A DNA stretch of 61,521 nt, filler included, from Choristocarpus tenellus KU-1152 (lineage: Eukaryota; Protista; Phaeophyceae), in the NCBI GenBank assembly GCA_964200185.2. It is 11 parts of 11 records of this genome, joined end to end, with 100 filler letters (N's around TTAATTAATTAA, not from the genome) between each part and the next. Parts side by side here need not be neighbours in the genome. Positions count along the whole stretch, not along the records: positions 6,922 to 13,112 come from CAXNAD020008715.1; positions 13,213 to 19,503 come from CAXNAD020008472.1; positions 19,604 to 22,757 come from CAXNAD020021918.1; positions 22,858 to 29,741 come from CAXNAD020007146.1; 7 more parts are not named here. The stretch is one strand, 5' to 3'. Shown piece by piece: positions 11,417 through 25,700 of the stretch; the stretch's first letter is position 1, and every line of letters begins with the position of its first letter. The notes beneath the pieces are model-generated. The model did no database searches, was not told where the DNA came from, and saw nothing but the letters and a program-made list of their open reading frames with translations. Made by a program: the position numbers and the translations under genes.

Positions 11417-13212
11417 CTTCGACCTGCCCCAAAACAAGGGAACGAGTGTATAATCTGGTTGGTCACTTTTTGGGCGTCTCCTAAACGAGCACGACTGTAC
11501 ACCTTTTTTCTTCTTGAAACAACGTCGTTTCACACCACAGACTTCTGCTATCTCCCGCTTTACCTATCAATTGTCCAGAGGTGTTCCTTCAAAAATAGGT
11601 AAGTGTTGAGATGAAAGTGTGGGGTGCGTATCCTTGTGGCTTCGAAACAGCTTCAGATTGTAGACAAATACGAATCGGTTGAAGCACGGCTAAGGGTGTT
11701 GTTCACTTATGCCGTCAACTTCTGTAGTCCTTCCTTTTCTCGACAGTTGTGTCAAGAAAAATCAACTGCGATGACAAAAGATGAGAATGTACCCATCCAT
11801 ACGAAGTATGGAACCTTTTCATTTCTTTTTTTAGATTGAGATGTCACAACTTCTCTTTCCTATATAAATATTTGGTTGCGCATGTCACCTCCGTCAACCA
11901 ACGGAAAACAAGGTATAGACCAAAATTCCGTTTCGGATAGAATCATATGAATTGATATTCTGATTCTCCTAGCTTAAGATTCTTCCTTCGAAAATCAGTC
12001 ACTTGTTTTCTTTCTTGCACTCTTTTTCTGATAAATTTCTATGACAAGTGGTGCGGATGTCGAGGTATTGTTGTCACTAACCACATAAAAATCATGTATT
12101 GATTGCGGAATGAGAACCTAAAACTTTATAGTCATCTTCTGGAAAGTGTTGTCCTTGTAATATTCGCATGTAATAGCCATATTATTTCACATCGTTTGTA
12201 CAAATAACTAAACCCAGATTCACTCCAAAGTATAAATTTGTCATCACCAATTTCGCAACCTATGTACTCACAACGCATTTTGGGTAAGTTGGTACAGAGG
12301 TAGAACTATTTTTAGACGACCTAGTGACACGTGTCTTTGGGGGTAGGAGGGTGGAGGGTTTCAACTGAAAGGGAGCTGTAAAATCCCGGTTGAGTCAGAC
12401 TACTTTAGTCACTACTGTTCCGTCATCTGAACATATCGAAAAGTGTTTTGCGGCCTAAACTAACTAATAGAGACTCCAGGTCGACAAGTCAGCAGACAGT
12501 TGACATATATATTCATGGGATTCTTCCTTGATTCCTGCCCACCCTCCTATTGTCAGTTTTTTGACTGGGGTGTTTTTTTTTATGTTTTCTGGTCGTTGTT
12601 GTACATACGTACAAATTGTGTATGTAGTGATATCATTTCTGAAGTTGATTATTTTCATTGTATTCTGTACGTTATCTCTCTGTTTCTCTGGTCTCTATCG
12701 TGTTTCTATGATTTTTGCCTTCTCCCCTGTATATTTCTTGTTTTTCCTATATGATAATCCCTGCAACACGTCAGGGGGCAACGGGTACAATAATATAATA
12801 TCTGTGTTATTTTACTTTTCCTGTTGCTTCTCCCTATTTAAACGATGCAGCACTGAAGATCACTCTACCCTGTTGAGTGTTTTTTTTGTTTACAGTTATT
12901 TAATAATCCTGTTTTCTTTTGTAGTAAATCAACACGCCATACCCACCTTTCTTCCTAAACAACACGCATTTCTTTGGGATAGGTCTGTGGGGTGTTAGAT
13001 GTATGTATGTGCGTTCATTCATCGACTAGTAGGAGAGTGTTTCCACAGATAACAGTGGATTTTCAAAATTGAGGAAGGAGCGGGACTATGAGGATGGTTG
13101 TTTTGCGAAAACNNNNNNNNNNNNNNNNNNNNNNNNNNNNNNNNNNNNNNNNNNNNTTAATTAATTAANNNNNNNNNNNNNNNNNNNNNNNNNNNNNNNN
13201 NNNNNNNNNNNN

Positions 13213-13323
13213 GGGTGTTTTGGTTGCATACGGCGGATGTATAATGTAAGTGCAATTTTCCTGGTTTTGACCCAAATGGACACCCTGGTGCAGTTCCCCC
13301 CCCCCCCCCAGATACTTTGGGTC
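13213..13323 (+). mobile_element. MITE family B, right part at contig start
   Basis: TTTTGACCCAAATGGACACCCTGGTG-poly(C)-AGATACTTTGGGTC, as in the copy at 37811-37965. Confidence 0.9.
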
Positions 13324-14797
13324 AGATGCATAGGTGTCTAGTGTGTCTGTACAGGATCGAAGGGGTGCTGAATGTAGTGGACCACGTGCGAGAACAGGAC
13401 ACAACAAAATCATTGCCTCGTAATGCATATTCAATTATGATGTAAGATAACCTATTCCTGTATCCCACATACACGCAAATCTTAAATCCGATGTCTAAGT
13501 TGTTCTACCATCTCTCTAACCATACGAAGGTGGATATCAGTAAGTATAAGAAAATAACCGCAGAATGTATAAATTAAAAACATCGATGGTAATCAGGTCA
13601 GTATACGAAGATGTAGTAACATAACTGTAACAAGATCTCCATGGGAGCATGTACCGGCCACTGCACTGACTGTGTCACGAGCTTAATGTTCCATCCTTCC
13701 TCCATCCCTGATGCATTCAGCTTCTGGACCGTGCCCTTCCCCGTATGTGGAGTTGCATCGTCCTGTTGTATTATCACGCATTGGGCACATAAAATGGGGG
13801 CTCCTGTTGTTTCTACAACTACTACGACTGAAAGTGTGAGTACTTGTGGGTAGGTGCTGAAGTGTCCAATAGCTATTTATGCATCTATATGAAAATTACC
13901 ATTGTGTTTGTTGTCGATGGCAGGCAGCAGGAGAGTGATGTTGTGGCATTGTGGTCATTTGCAAGATACAATTCATGAGAATGCGCACTGTTTGTGTCAC
14001 TGCTACTTGAAGATGTACTATGGGGAACAAGTGCAGTTTGCTGCACAATGTGCAGACAAACGAAAAGTACTCTTTTCTCGACCAGACTTTGGTCCCAACA
14101 AAGTCTCAAAAAAAGTGCGAAGAATTGGCCAAAAAATCGACTCCTGACGGGCAGCACTATCACCACTGGTTGATGCTGTTGGTAGGTTGACCCTAGATAC
14201 AAGTAGTGTCAATAGGTAAGAAGCCCGAAATTCATTTGGTATTTTGTATGTAACTATTATGTAATAGGTTATCATGACTGGTGCATGGCAAGGGTTCCCA
14301 AGGAGAGAGATGGGAGGAAAAGAGGACATATATCAGAGCAAAGAAGTGGTGCTCATGTAGTGGCTGTCAGGTGATACATTGTTTGCTAGGTAGTAATGTA
14401 GGGGTGGTTTCTGCTACTGGGGCAAGTGTGTGGGGGGTTATATCTTAATCATTCCTGTGCCATGCGATGTGCATTATGTATGTACGTATATCTATGCGGT
14501 GGATGTAGTAGCGTATATAACAACAGAGAGTGCGATGCTTGTTTGTACTGCATCCAGTGTGTCTTCTCCAGCATTCACCAAAACTGGTTATTGTGTAACA
14601 GTTTTGCCTCGTATCAATATTTTTTACTGCAATTATATAATCATTATTATCAGTTGTTACCTTCATGTTTTAAGAAGTGGTGTGAGTTGTTTGAGAAGAA
14701 AAGGTTAAAGCACTACCATTCTATTAATATTAGCGATATTATTATTCGTTGGTCCAATAAATGACAGAAGTATGTACCAGCCCTTTTTTTGTAATTT

Positions 14798-14974
14798 TAA
14801 TTCTGTGTTTCGTGAATAGTTAATTTACTTCTTGAATCGTCTAGATAGTTTATCCAATTTGTTATTTAAAAGGACAGTTTGTTGTACTTATAATTCTGTG
14901 TTTCTAGGATAATTAATTTACGTTTTGGATCGCGTCTAGATAGTTTATCTAATTAGGTATTTAAAATGACAGTT
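14798..14974. repeat. Diverged tandem duplication, period about 93 bp
   Basis: TAATTCTGTGTTTC...GTCTAGATAGTTTATC...GACAGTT occurs twice. Confidence 0.8.
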
Positions 14975-17900
14975 ATGTCATCTTGCAATAGTTTGCCATA
15001 GTAAATCTAAAAGTATTTGCAATATATCCTGAATAATATTTTTACTAGTTATGATAATCTACTTGATTAGATATTATTAAAATAACTATTTTGATTGTAC
15101 CAGAGGTAGTGGTGCTACATACATCATCCCGTATACTGCAAGAAACAGATGGCACAAGAATTGCTTGTTGATCTATCCAGGTAGTTTGATGTGGTGTGAA
15201 CAGGAACCACAAATTTGCGTTCACAAGCACACTACATAATATCATGTACAATACACTGAAATAAAAAAAAGGTATAAAACAGGTAAGAAACACCTTGTAC
15301 ACCTTATGTAGCCTCTACACAATCAACAATACTAAACCTCTGTAGTCACAGCAAGATGCTGCATGCAGTGGTGCAGTGAGAGGGGATAAACCACAGGAAA
15401 CTAGAGATACTCCCCAGCAGCAAAGTTTTGCAGTTGGACCTACAGAAAATATCCTAATTTACCACCAATGAAAGATGTTAACCTCCTACGGGGTGAGGGC
15501 AACGCAGTTCCTAGTTTCAGTCCCCTTGAAAAAAGCATATGGTGCACACCACCTGACCAGACATTGAAGGCTCAATCCACCTTCATAAAGCTGGCCTCCA
15601 GGTTTACATGTATAAAGTTTACATCCCTGGTATCATGGTCTGCTCTCTGCACACCTCAGCAAGAAATACATATGAAATGAACTCAAGAAAGTCCCCATTG
15701 GATAACTGCTCTCGTAAGGGCAATAATTACACATTGTATGCTGGTGGGGGGCCAGGGTATGGAGGAGGGACTTGTTGGATGGGCTTGGGATCCTCCATCT
15801 TAACTTGTGCGGGCACTGAAACAACCTGTGTAGCACCGATGGGGGTTGGTTGGGGGTGGGAAAGAAGGGAGTTAAACCTTGTGACCACGTTATTGAGTTC
15901 CGGGGCTGATCTGAAGAAGCATCACTCACAATCTGAGATGGTTTGCAAGGTGCCAAATAGGATCCAGATGTTATTCAGATTATGAATGAAAATGTGGAGT
16001 GACAATGACTCTGCACAGGCCAACAAAATGAGGGAAGTGTGAAGCAATATTAAAAAAAAGTTGTTTGAATGCTTGTGATGTCCATATTCGGATTATTAAA
16101 AAAAAAGAGTACTTTCCCTACAAACACCCCCTTGAAATGAAGGGTGACATGTAGGACTATGATGCCTTTTGCCATACAAATTAGGTAACTTCCTCTCCCC
16201 CTTACAGTAAGATAGTCGCCATTACATTGGTAATGAAAAGCCTTTACTACCCCTCCTAATTGAATTTTCCTGCAACGGATTCGGCAGCGGTGGCATACCA
16301 GATAAAATAATGGCTTGTTCTCCCACCAAAATAAAACAAATGTCAAACACAATGTCAAATTTAGCATCAAAGTATGGAGCGATGAGCAGTTGAAACACAC
16401 TGTGCGAATCAATTACTAAGAAAGATCCCCCCCCTCTTGCTTCTGAAAATCAGCTAACAAATTGAAGTACTAAAAGATCTGAGCTTTCTAGTTCAAAACG
16501 AAACGGCAAACCAGAGGGCAGGCAGAGAAGAGAGTGCACTTCAAGGAAAGTCCGTTCTTGAGGGAGTAACTTGAAATAAGCATTGCAAAAAAATACTCCA
16601 CCATTCACACACCGTCATTTAATTGTACAGCAAACAGGCTTCGTGTACCTCTCACTCCACAAGTGGTATAGCTACTGCCACTTGAAATTTTAATCTCAGG
16701 GTCGTACCAGAAGCAGTAAAAAACGTTGTATACCATGGACGTCCCCCTATCCACACAACCATTGGTACTTCCGAAAAAATAAGCTGGTGTCTACTGTCCA
16801 AAAAAATGATCTTCAGCTCCTAAAAAAAGACCCTTTCCTCTGTTCAACCTCCAAATCATGCAGCAAGATAGTTCTCTCAACCTCCAACTACAACTGATCG
16901 TCTAGTCAAAAAGAATTGAAAGGTTTCACCCTGGATTTCTTAACTCCAATAGTAATATTTTCTGAAATTTGAACAATGGAATTCACTCAGCATGAGATGA
17001 GGATCTGAACACTCCCCCCTTCGACCTACCCCTTTTCCAACGTTTTTCAGGCTTCAAAACGCTTCCCTGTGTCCCTACAAAATGCTCACCGCCACTTGAG
17101 GAGCTCCTGTGACAACGTTAGTTACAACGTTAGTAACCGGCCATGCAGATACTGCTCTCCCAGCATAAATAGCACCAACAATGGCAGTCACCATAGCACC
17201 CAACGGAAAGATGGCAAGAAACTCCACATCAGTATCTGTATTTAACCACTCGTCGAATGTAAACCTGCAAAAACAGATTCGAGCTGTCAGTACAAGCGAG
17301 GTTGGGTGACTTTTCGAACGGTGTTACCGACGGTAGGGGCTGGATTGGCATACTTGTTCGTGGATTAATGTTGGTTGACATGAAGCAACGCCAACTTAGA
17401 CGGTTAGTTGAGGAACACATCCTCTACAGTACAAATACTGAGATGCTACCAGGAGTATTGCATCAAAAAGAGTGAGGATGGGGGGCTGGTGGCAGTGGCT
17501 AGTAAACCAGTACAAGCTGAGGAGGACGCACGATGGGTCTAAACAACATGCATGCAGGAATCCAATGGGAAAAAATCGAATCGTCGAAGTCAATAAACTC
17601 TCAGGACATCTTGCTTGGATTCAACTATGTGTTAACCGCATTGGAAATCGAGACCATCACTACTTTGAGGAAAACCGCAAAAATGACCCATCACCCCTCT
17701 CCCTCTTTGATCTCCCAGGTCGCTGATACGAATCATGATGGGCTACACACGTACCAAAATGTTGCTGCCCAAATGTCCATAGCTATAGCAAAGATGAGGC
17801 ATATCGCCAATGCGACATATGTACCCTTCTGATGATTGCAAAACATCACGGATGCAGCAATGATCGCTGCTAGACTCCCAAGCCATTGTGCTGCAAACAC

Positions 17901-19603
17901 GAAAATGGGGGAGGAAATAGTGGTGGAGATAGGTATTTGGTATTTGGCGCAATTGTAGGTCTGCGGGTGGCACGACGAGATACGTGATGCCAAGGATCAC
18001 AAGATTTTCCCCTTCGACTCGATCTTCTAACGCGATAACATTGGGTTAATACAATCGACGAAAAATGGGGAATCCGTCCCATCAACATCGGAGTCTCTGT
18101 TGTCAGTCCCATTTGTTGAGTGACATTGATTAGACAGGTGGATCTTTGCCAGCAAACTTTGCCAGCAAAGCATTCACACTCACCATATAAAACGAAGCCA
18201 TACGCAAGCAGCGCCAAAGAGTGGGAAACGATATTGGCAACACCCCAGCCTCGTGTCTTCAGAAAAACGGTTGGTTTGAAGAGAGGTAGAAGTCAGCAGG
18301 GTTTGAAAGCAGTTAGGTTGGATTATTTGTCGGAAAAGTTTGAACTCGAAAAATAATACCATTACGTCCGAGTAAGTCTGAACTAAGCATACATTGCTGC
18401 CAAAATCATATCAACCTAATCTGCGCACTCAAGTGACCTTAAAAGGTTACCATACAATTGAACATCATCCTCATAGAAGTAGAGGAGGGAGATATTTACT
18501 GACCATGTTGACAAATGGAGTGGGATTCACCATGTAGCAGCAATTACACCCATCTCGTCCTTGCGAGATAACCGCAGGGGCTGCTGGATTTTCTACATGA
18601 ATGTGCACAGCTGCTGGCTGGGTAAGGGCTTGGTTCATCTTGGTGCTCTGTTGTAGTGTGGAGGAAAGGGGGTTATCAAAGTGATTTGAAAGGTGTTTGC
18701 GAATTACTAGAATGATGTATATTGGTTTTACTTATTAATGGTCTAGTTCTAAGATGATTCTTATGGTAGCCTCTTCCACTTAAATTTTGAAATCCTTGAG
18801 TTGAGATGTAAAACAGATCGTTTAAGGACTGGTGAATTTATCCGTTGACCATCGAACTCTTTCCGTACATCACAATATGTATTTATATAGGAGTTAGGTT
18901 TTAGGGGTTATGTAAAAATAGAAAGAAATATATTGGGGAGGAAGCAACAGATCAGAGTAGAGCAATAGAGATTGGAGAAAAGACGAGATCATGTAAGGAA
19001 TACGGTAAAGAGGGAATGAATGCTTGACAAAGAGGATGTGATTGCATATATATTTCTTATTGAGTGTAACACATTTGGTAAATGCAAGGAATAAGAATAT
19101 ATTCTAATATTATGCCCTCTGACATTTTGCAGATGTGTCAGGGGCAAACCAATGAAAACTACATAGATACTTATATACATATGTGTATATAAGAATATAT
19201 CATGAACTTCAAACCTGGTCAAACACCGGCCACAGGTAAAGTGTACTAATATATTAATATTGATCCAGGAAAGGTATGCAGAATAGAGCAAGAATCTGAA
19301 TGCACAACAGATGTTTCAGAATGACTGAACATGGTCACAGCAGATATGTCAGGGATAGGTTCCTTTTTGGGATCGCTGACACACACTGTATGTATAAGAC
19401 GCGCGGTCAGATGCAATTGCGCGCACCAAACACGTCATTTCAGCTCATCCATACCCACTGGTCCAAGTAACAGGCCTCTCCATGAGATCCGGATTTGACC
19501 AAANNNNNNNNNNNNNNNNNNNNNNNNNNNNNNNNNNNNNNNNNNNNTTAATTAATTAANNNNNNNNNNNNNNNNNNNNNNNNNNNNNNNNNNNNNNNNN
19601 NNN

Positions 19604-19620
19604 CCCCCGATACTTTGAGC
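19604..19620 (-). mobile_element. MITE family B terminus at contig start
   Basis: CCCCCGATACTTTGAGC. Confidence 0.55.
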
Positions 19621-19819
19621 GTGGTAGATAATAGAAGTACAACATTACTATATCAACTCATAAAACAAAACAGTGCTAGGCTGGGTTCTTCTCCCCATGC
19701 CCAACTGTATCCCTAAGTTCCTCCACCCAGCGCAAGCATTTCTACCTCCATTGTTCTACCCTTGAACGTTTTTTTCTCCCTCCCCCTTCTTCTACTTTTC
19801 CACAACATACTACTATCAG

Positions 19820-22757
19820 GCTCTGTGGAGGGGTGTGGCAGGAAGGCACCATGCATTCTGTTGTCGTGACGAGAAAATGGCAGCCATGACAATTCAGCGA
19901 ATATTTCGGGGACACACAGGGCGGCGCAGAGCAAATCGGGAGAGGGATAAGTTCCTCTTTAGTCGGAGCCAGACTCAGGGAATAGAGTTTGGGCGACAGA
20001 TGCTGCTGGAGCACAAGTTGCATGCCACACGCCTCCAAAGTGAGGTGCAACTGTTGACCTCTGAGAAGGCACAATCGGAGGAGACCATAGAAGCAATGAT
20101 GGAGGAAATCAGTGAGTTTGAAGAGGCCATCACCATTCTGGAGAAAGAGATGCACCAGTTGTCCAAGATAGAGACTGAAGCTGCTGGTGTACTGGACGAG
20201 GAGGCCAGGTTGGTGAGGCTTTTTAAACGGGGGGGTTTGAGGTGGTGGGGTTGCCGTAATGGATGCATGCCATCAGTCTTCAGCATTGTGATTCCCCATC
20301 CCTGAGCTGCTCCATCGCCCCTCTGAAGGAAGGCAACAGCCCTGACCAATTCTGCAAAAAGAGGTCAACACACAGAGCCAAAGTAAACTAGAGGTACCTA
20401 GAGTTGCATTTTAAAGATGCGGACACGTATGTGCAAAATTTGGCTATAAAATAACAAATGTGTAGAGGATATTTTCTGAATTACGTCGGAAATTTTCAAA
20501 CATGCAACAGAAATAAATGCTCTCGAGTCAAACTTTGAACTTCATCCATAGAAGTATACTACGTAGTAGGTGAATTGCAAAAGATTGAAAATCAGATTAA
20601 GAATGCCAAATGGCCAAAACCTTGGTACCTCTCGTTTCCTTTGATTCACAAATATACACGCCTTGCACTACCTGAGTGTCTCTCACCTTTCTATACCTAT
20701 GTGCTGTTGTGATGTACAGCATAGACATTATTTGTCACAGTGTAAAATGTGCAAAGGGTGCTGCTGCACAAGGCTTTACTACAATGCCCCAAACCACCTA
20801 AATGCTGGAATCTCATTGGAGGAAGTTGCACAGATGACTTCAAAATGTAGATTTATCTGTAGCCCGTCATGAGACCTTTGTGCAATGCCTTCCCCTCATG
20901 GCTGTTGAAAATTTCCCACAGGTTTGAGCTCCGTGAGCAGAAGATTCGCCTTGACAAGGAGTTCGGGGAGATGTTGGGCAAGATTGCGGACAGGAAGGAT
21001 CGACTTCAGCATATGGAAAAGAAGCTGTCCACCCTTGACAGAACTCGTTTGGGAAAGGAGGTGCTTGTCCCATCCATAATATAGCATGAGCACTTGCTTG
21101 CAGTAGAATATACTATTGAACCTGAAGTCTCGGTTTGATTGAATACTCAACCAACATAGATGAGCATCTACTGCCTCTGCTTCTTCTTAATCTTGGTTTG
21201 CTCCTACTTAGGAGTCAAAGTATCTTAGAGGGTAGAGCCGCGTCTATTTAGGGGCCATAATCAAATATTGCGATTTTGATGTAATTTTGGCTATCACGCT
21301 TGTTAGGAGATGTCAATATCCCTGTTCTGGACCCGTCATTTCGTAAAGTATACATTTCACCTACTCCGAAACATTTTGGAGTAGGTAAAATGTCATTAAA
21401 AGCCCATGGGAAGCCAACTCCCAAATGGACAAAAAGGGAAAAACTCGTACTCTCTAAGATACTTTCACTCTTAGACTGGGTGCTATAAACATGCTCAAGG
21501 TTTTGCGCACCACACACCCTCAGATACACTTGGCTAATGGCATTACTTCATGTTTTGCCGTTGCCAGTGCTTGGTAATGTGTGCAGTAGTTGTAGAGCTG
21601 CCCACTCTGGGATACTTCCCTCTGCCTCAGTCTCTCTGTTCCCTGGATCTTGGTTATCCCAATCCATCTCTAATTCACCCTTCTGCTTCCCAACCATACT
21701 AATATTATTTGCGGAGGGTCAGCTTTGGTCAAATTGTCCCGTAGGTCCACGTACCCTCTCTCCTACTATATGGTAATGATGACCTGTCGAGGAATGTGTG
21801 CAGTGAATAACCAGAGCACATACTGCTCGGGGAACATATGGTACCTCAAAACACACCTACCTGCATAGCTCGCAAGTAAAGAGGATGAACGAGTCATGCT
21901 AAGATTCACAGCAAAAAAAATTGGTACTGATAGAAATAAAATTATGGTAAAATTTGATCACAATGATATTAAGATTGAAGGGAAGGAGGCAAGGAGTTAA
22001 ACTTTCTGTGCGGCAAAAATATACCAGAGTGTTTAGCCAAATAGGAAAGCCTTCATATCAAAGCCATCCAGTAGGGGGCATTTCCTCTAGTTTTGCTCGT
22101 ACGGTGGTGGGTTAAGGCTTATGCCATCTCAAAATTATTTTCTTCTTTTGCTGGCCTTGTATGCTTTGCTGAAACGATACCCCTAGCAATTTAATGTAAT
22201 TGACTATTTGTAGGCTTGCCAGAAACAACAATGTGGCATACTGCAGTCATGAAAAATTATGTCTAAACCATTCAGACGTTCTGAGTACCAACCTGTAGAC
22301 AGTAGCACATCCCACGCCTTCCTATTTATGCACACCATGAAAATAAATTGCACTTTGAATTACTCTTAAGAAGAGTATAAATATCACCATTTGAGAACTG
22401 CACTATAGTGCCTTGTCATCACTTGCCGACCCAATTGGTAGTAGCACTACCACCTACAATATCTCCACACTTCCCTTCCACTGCCATTCTGATATGATAC
22501 ATTCTCATTACGGACCTTCCACTGCTTTCTGATATGAATACATTCTCATTACGGATAAAGAAATGCTTTTGCCCCCCTTCAACTACCTCTTCTTTTCTAC
22601 TCTCCAAGGAGGAGCTCCGAACCCTTGAGCGGAAGCTGGTTGTACTCCTGGAAGAGCAACAACGTGAGCTTGAGAGCATTCGTCGCCGACAGGACAAGAA
22701 GGGGGGACTACTCCTCAAGTCCCAAGGCGGGGGGGGTGGGGATGCAGGCGCACTTGG
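19820..22757 (+). CDS. IQ-motif and long coiled-coil protein, internal exons, partial
   Basis: Exons 19820-20208, 20922-21060 and 22609-22757 are phase-consistent. IQ motifs (Q)ALWRGVAGR and IQRIFRGHTGR are followed by heptad-rich sequence. Confidence 0.85.
20375..20647. mobile_element. MITE family C (273 bp), TSD ACA, intronic
   Basis: TIRs GAGCCAAAGTAAACTAGAGGTACC / GGTACCTCTCGTTTCCTTTGATTC; related termini at 58628-58878. Confidence 0.85.
21212..21470 (+). mobile_element. MITE family A, TSD TTAG, intronic
   Basis: GAGTCAAAGTATCTTAGAGGG...CTCTAAGATACTTTCACTC flanked by TTAG. Confidence 0.95.
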
Positions 22758-25700
22758 NNNNNNNNNNNNNNNNNNNNNNNNNNNNNNNNNNNNNNNNNNN
22801 NTTAATTAATTAANNNNNNNNNNNNNNNNNNNNNNNNNNNNNNNNNNNNNNNNNNNNATGTTAGATAATAAACATAATCCCGAGAGTTTTTTTTTTTTTT
22901 TTTTTTTTTGCTGGTCTGTTTACCCATCTAATCTTCATGGACTGTATCCCTTTTCAATGTGTATTTTGTAGTGTTGTAGACAGCAAGAGTTAAATTGGCT
23001 TCAGTTCAATTAATGAAATAACCAAAGAACCAAACTGAAACATTCTATTATTCTTTAAAAAAAATCACAATACAAGTAGAAGTGTGGCTGGACGTGTCAG
23101 AGGTTGTGGAAACCCATATTTGTCACAGGGGGACCGCTATGTACCCAAAACTCATTACATATCTACACTTCCATGGTTTCAGATTTGCCTGAGACCTGTG
23201 GAGGCTTGAGAGTTTTTTCCTTGCAGCACCATGATCAATTGGTGACCCGTGCATGTTCAGTGTGCATCACCTTGTGTGCCAACTGTTTGAATTTATTTAT
23301 TATAAATATTCTAGCTGGTGAATGTTAATTGTAAATATCTTTCTGTATACAACACTATTTATGGTGATGAATCATCTTTCTCTCAGAATGCTCTTTGATG
23401 AGCATGTAACAAGACCAAATCCTGCCAATCCACCCACCTGTGTTCCCTTTATTGAGTACACCTTGAAATTCTTGTGAGTAACTTAGAGAAGGCCATTGGA
23501 GCAAATGAATGAAGTTACTAGCTCTTTGGGCATAACAATATTTTCACTCTGTACTGCAGACACTGTTAGTCCTTGAACGCAATTGCTCGTTTGTTGCAGG
23601 ATTACAGTCAACGAATGTTGTGATCTTCTATATTGTTGAGTATACTCCTGCAACAAAGGAAGCAATCTGCATCTACCTGTGGCAGTTCCGTCCACTGTAT
23701 TCAGTGTATTCAGTGAATTCAGTGAATTCAGCAAGAAATAAGGTTGTTCTCTGCTTTGGCATGAGTGGCGCACCAAAGTAATGTCATTAGCTGCATTAAC
23801 TGTCATGTGGGAAGGTGAATTCTGTGTAATATTGAAAAGGTTCTCCAAGTACGATCCAAAATGGCACCCCTCAAGATAACAAAGATCTGCAGCAGAAGTA
23901 ATACCAAGAGTTGACCCTCCTCCATAACATGTTGAAGATAACTACTACAAAGTGCAAGTAATATCAACTGGGGAGGCTGGTTTACAACCCTCCTGCAGAT
24001 TTTTATTTCAAAACACCTTGATAGGAAAACCATGTTATATATATTTTAGCAATATCTGATATTGAAGTTAATAAAACTTGTCATACCCTAGGTATGAGTA
24101 AAATTGTCCCCTTCATCACTACATGTGTTCCATGTGGTTGCCATCTGGCTGCTTTTATCATACTGTGCAATTGTTTATGTTTAGGGGAATGTTGGATATA
24201 TAGATGGGGTTGTTACAAATGTTCCCAAATATTCTAAAAGTGTACTGTAGTGAAGGGGCACATACACTTGTTGTATAGCTGTGCTTGGTGGTACAAAAGT
24301 TGTAGAAGGTTTCAATAGGACCAAGTGTGAAGTCCCAGCAGTGTAGGCCAAGAAAAGTTTTTGAAGTTGTTTAATGAGATCTAGTGTTGTTCACCAGGGT
24401 TCATGCCAAACCTAGCACCTGTGACAACAAAAGAGCATGAACTGGCTTGGTAAGACTGTTTTCTTTTAAATGGTCAAACCAGGGATGCAGGAAGTTTGGT
24501 GGGGCCCTGCTACAGGCTAACTCGGGTAGAACAAATAGATAAATCTAGATAGATAAATAGATAAATCTAGATAGATAAATTTTGAAGGACTACTTTTAGT
24601 AGGCGTGAGTTTAAGGTTGGTCAAGCCAGACTGGATGGTTTGCATCTGAATTATGAATTGTTCCGTTATTTCCTGAATTTCGAGGCAAGGTTTTGTATCT
24701 AAGGTACATTGTGAACAGAGCTAGCACACACACACATGTAAAAAGGGATCAGCATGTGTAATATGATCATTTTTTGTTACTTAGTGTTTGACACAAAATG
24801 AAAGATGTGTGTCCTGACTGTTGCAATGTTCTGCTTGAAACCTTTGAAAAATATCATGATCACCTTTTTGTGCATTAGATTTCCAGTTCTTCAGTACGAA
24901 ATTTTATTGCCGTTGTTGACTTGTAAACATCAATCAGAATACAACCGTTTGGCAATCCACACTCTGCTGGAAGGCAGACATGGCTAGTAGATGTTTTTCT
25001 GTTTTCATTTCAGTTCCTTGATCTCCACTTGCAATTGGCCATTGGCCGCCTCCTTGTTAAGGTGCCTGTGAAGATCCAAAAACATCAAGCGCTTCACTGT
25101 TAGGCTTGTATTTCAAATAGAAAATTGCTCAGTGTCAGGCAGAGGCATGAAAGGTTCCTCCATGCAATACACAACTAGTGCTGCTATCAACCCCACAACA
25201 CAGTGAGGCAAACATGGCAAGCAAAGGTAATTGAACACTCTGCAATCAATACATTATTATCATTGTCATTATTGTCATCAGTATTTAGAATAACTTTCTC
25301 CATCCAATACTCAAGAGCGAAGGAGGTCAAACGGGTCATCCCTTGTACTTCGCTCTTCTCCCTCCCACTCCCTCCCACCAACTTCTCCATGCAAATTGCG
25401 AATTCCTGACTCTGGGCACCTTGACACTTCACTTTTGGGAAGAGCACTACAAACCCTCTGGTGATCCCTGTTCCATGTCATTCTCTGCATGCCGACTCAA
25501 ACATTCCTGATCCTATCTAAAATGGGCACACTATCAGATACATTGGGGTCAGATAGTGCGGCCTGAGAACTTGCTATCATCCCAGTCCATATCGAGTGGA
25601 TCAATGAGTAGATCCCTCTGCAGCCCCTGCTCACCCATCGTCCTATATATAGAGGGTGTCTGGAGGTTGGTGCACTTTGGTGGCCATTGAAAGGCGTTGC

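Noticed and set aside
12500-12998. Hydrophobic ORFs as membrane proteins
   Set aside because: Explained by T-rich low-complexity sequence; no splice or motif support
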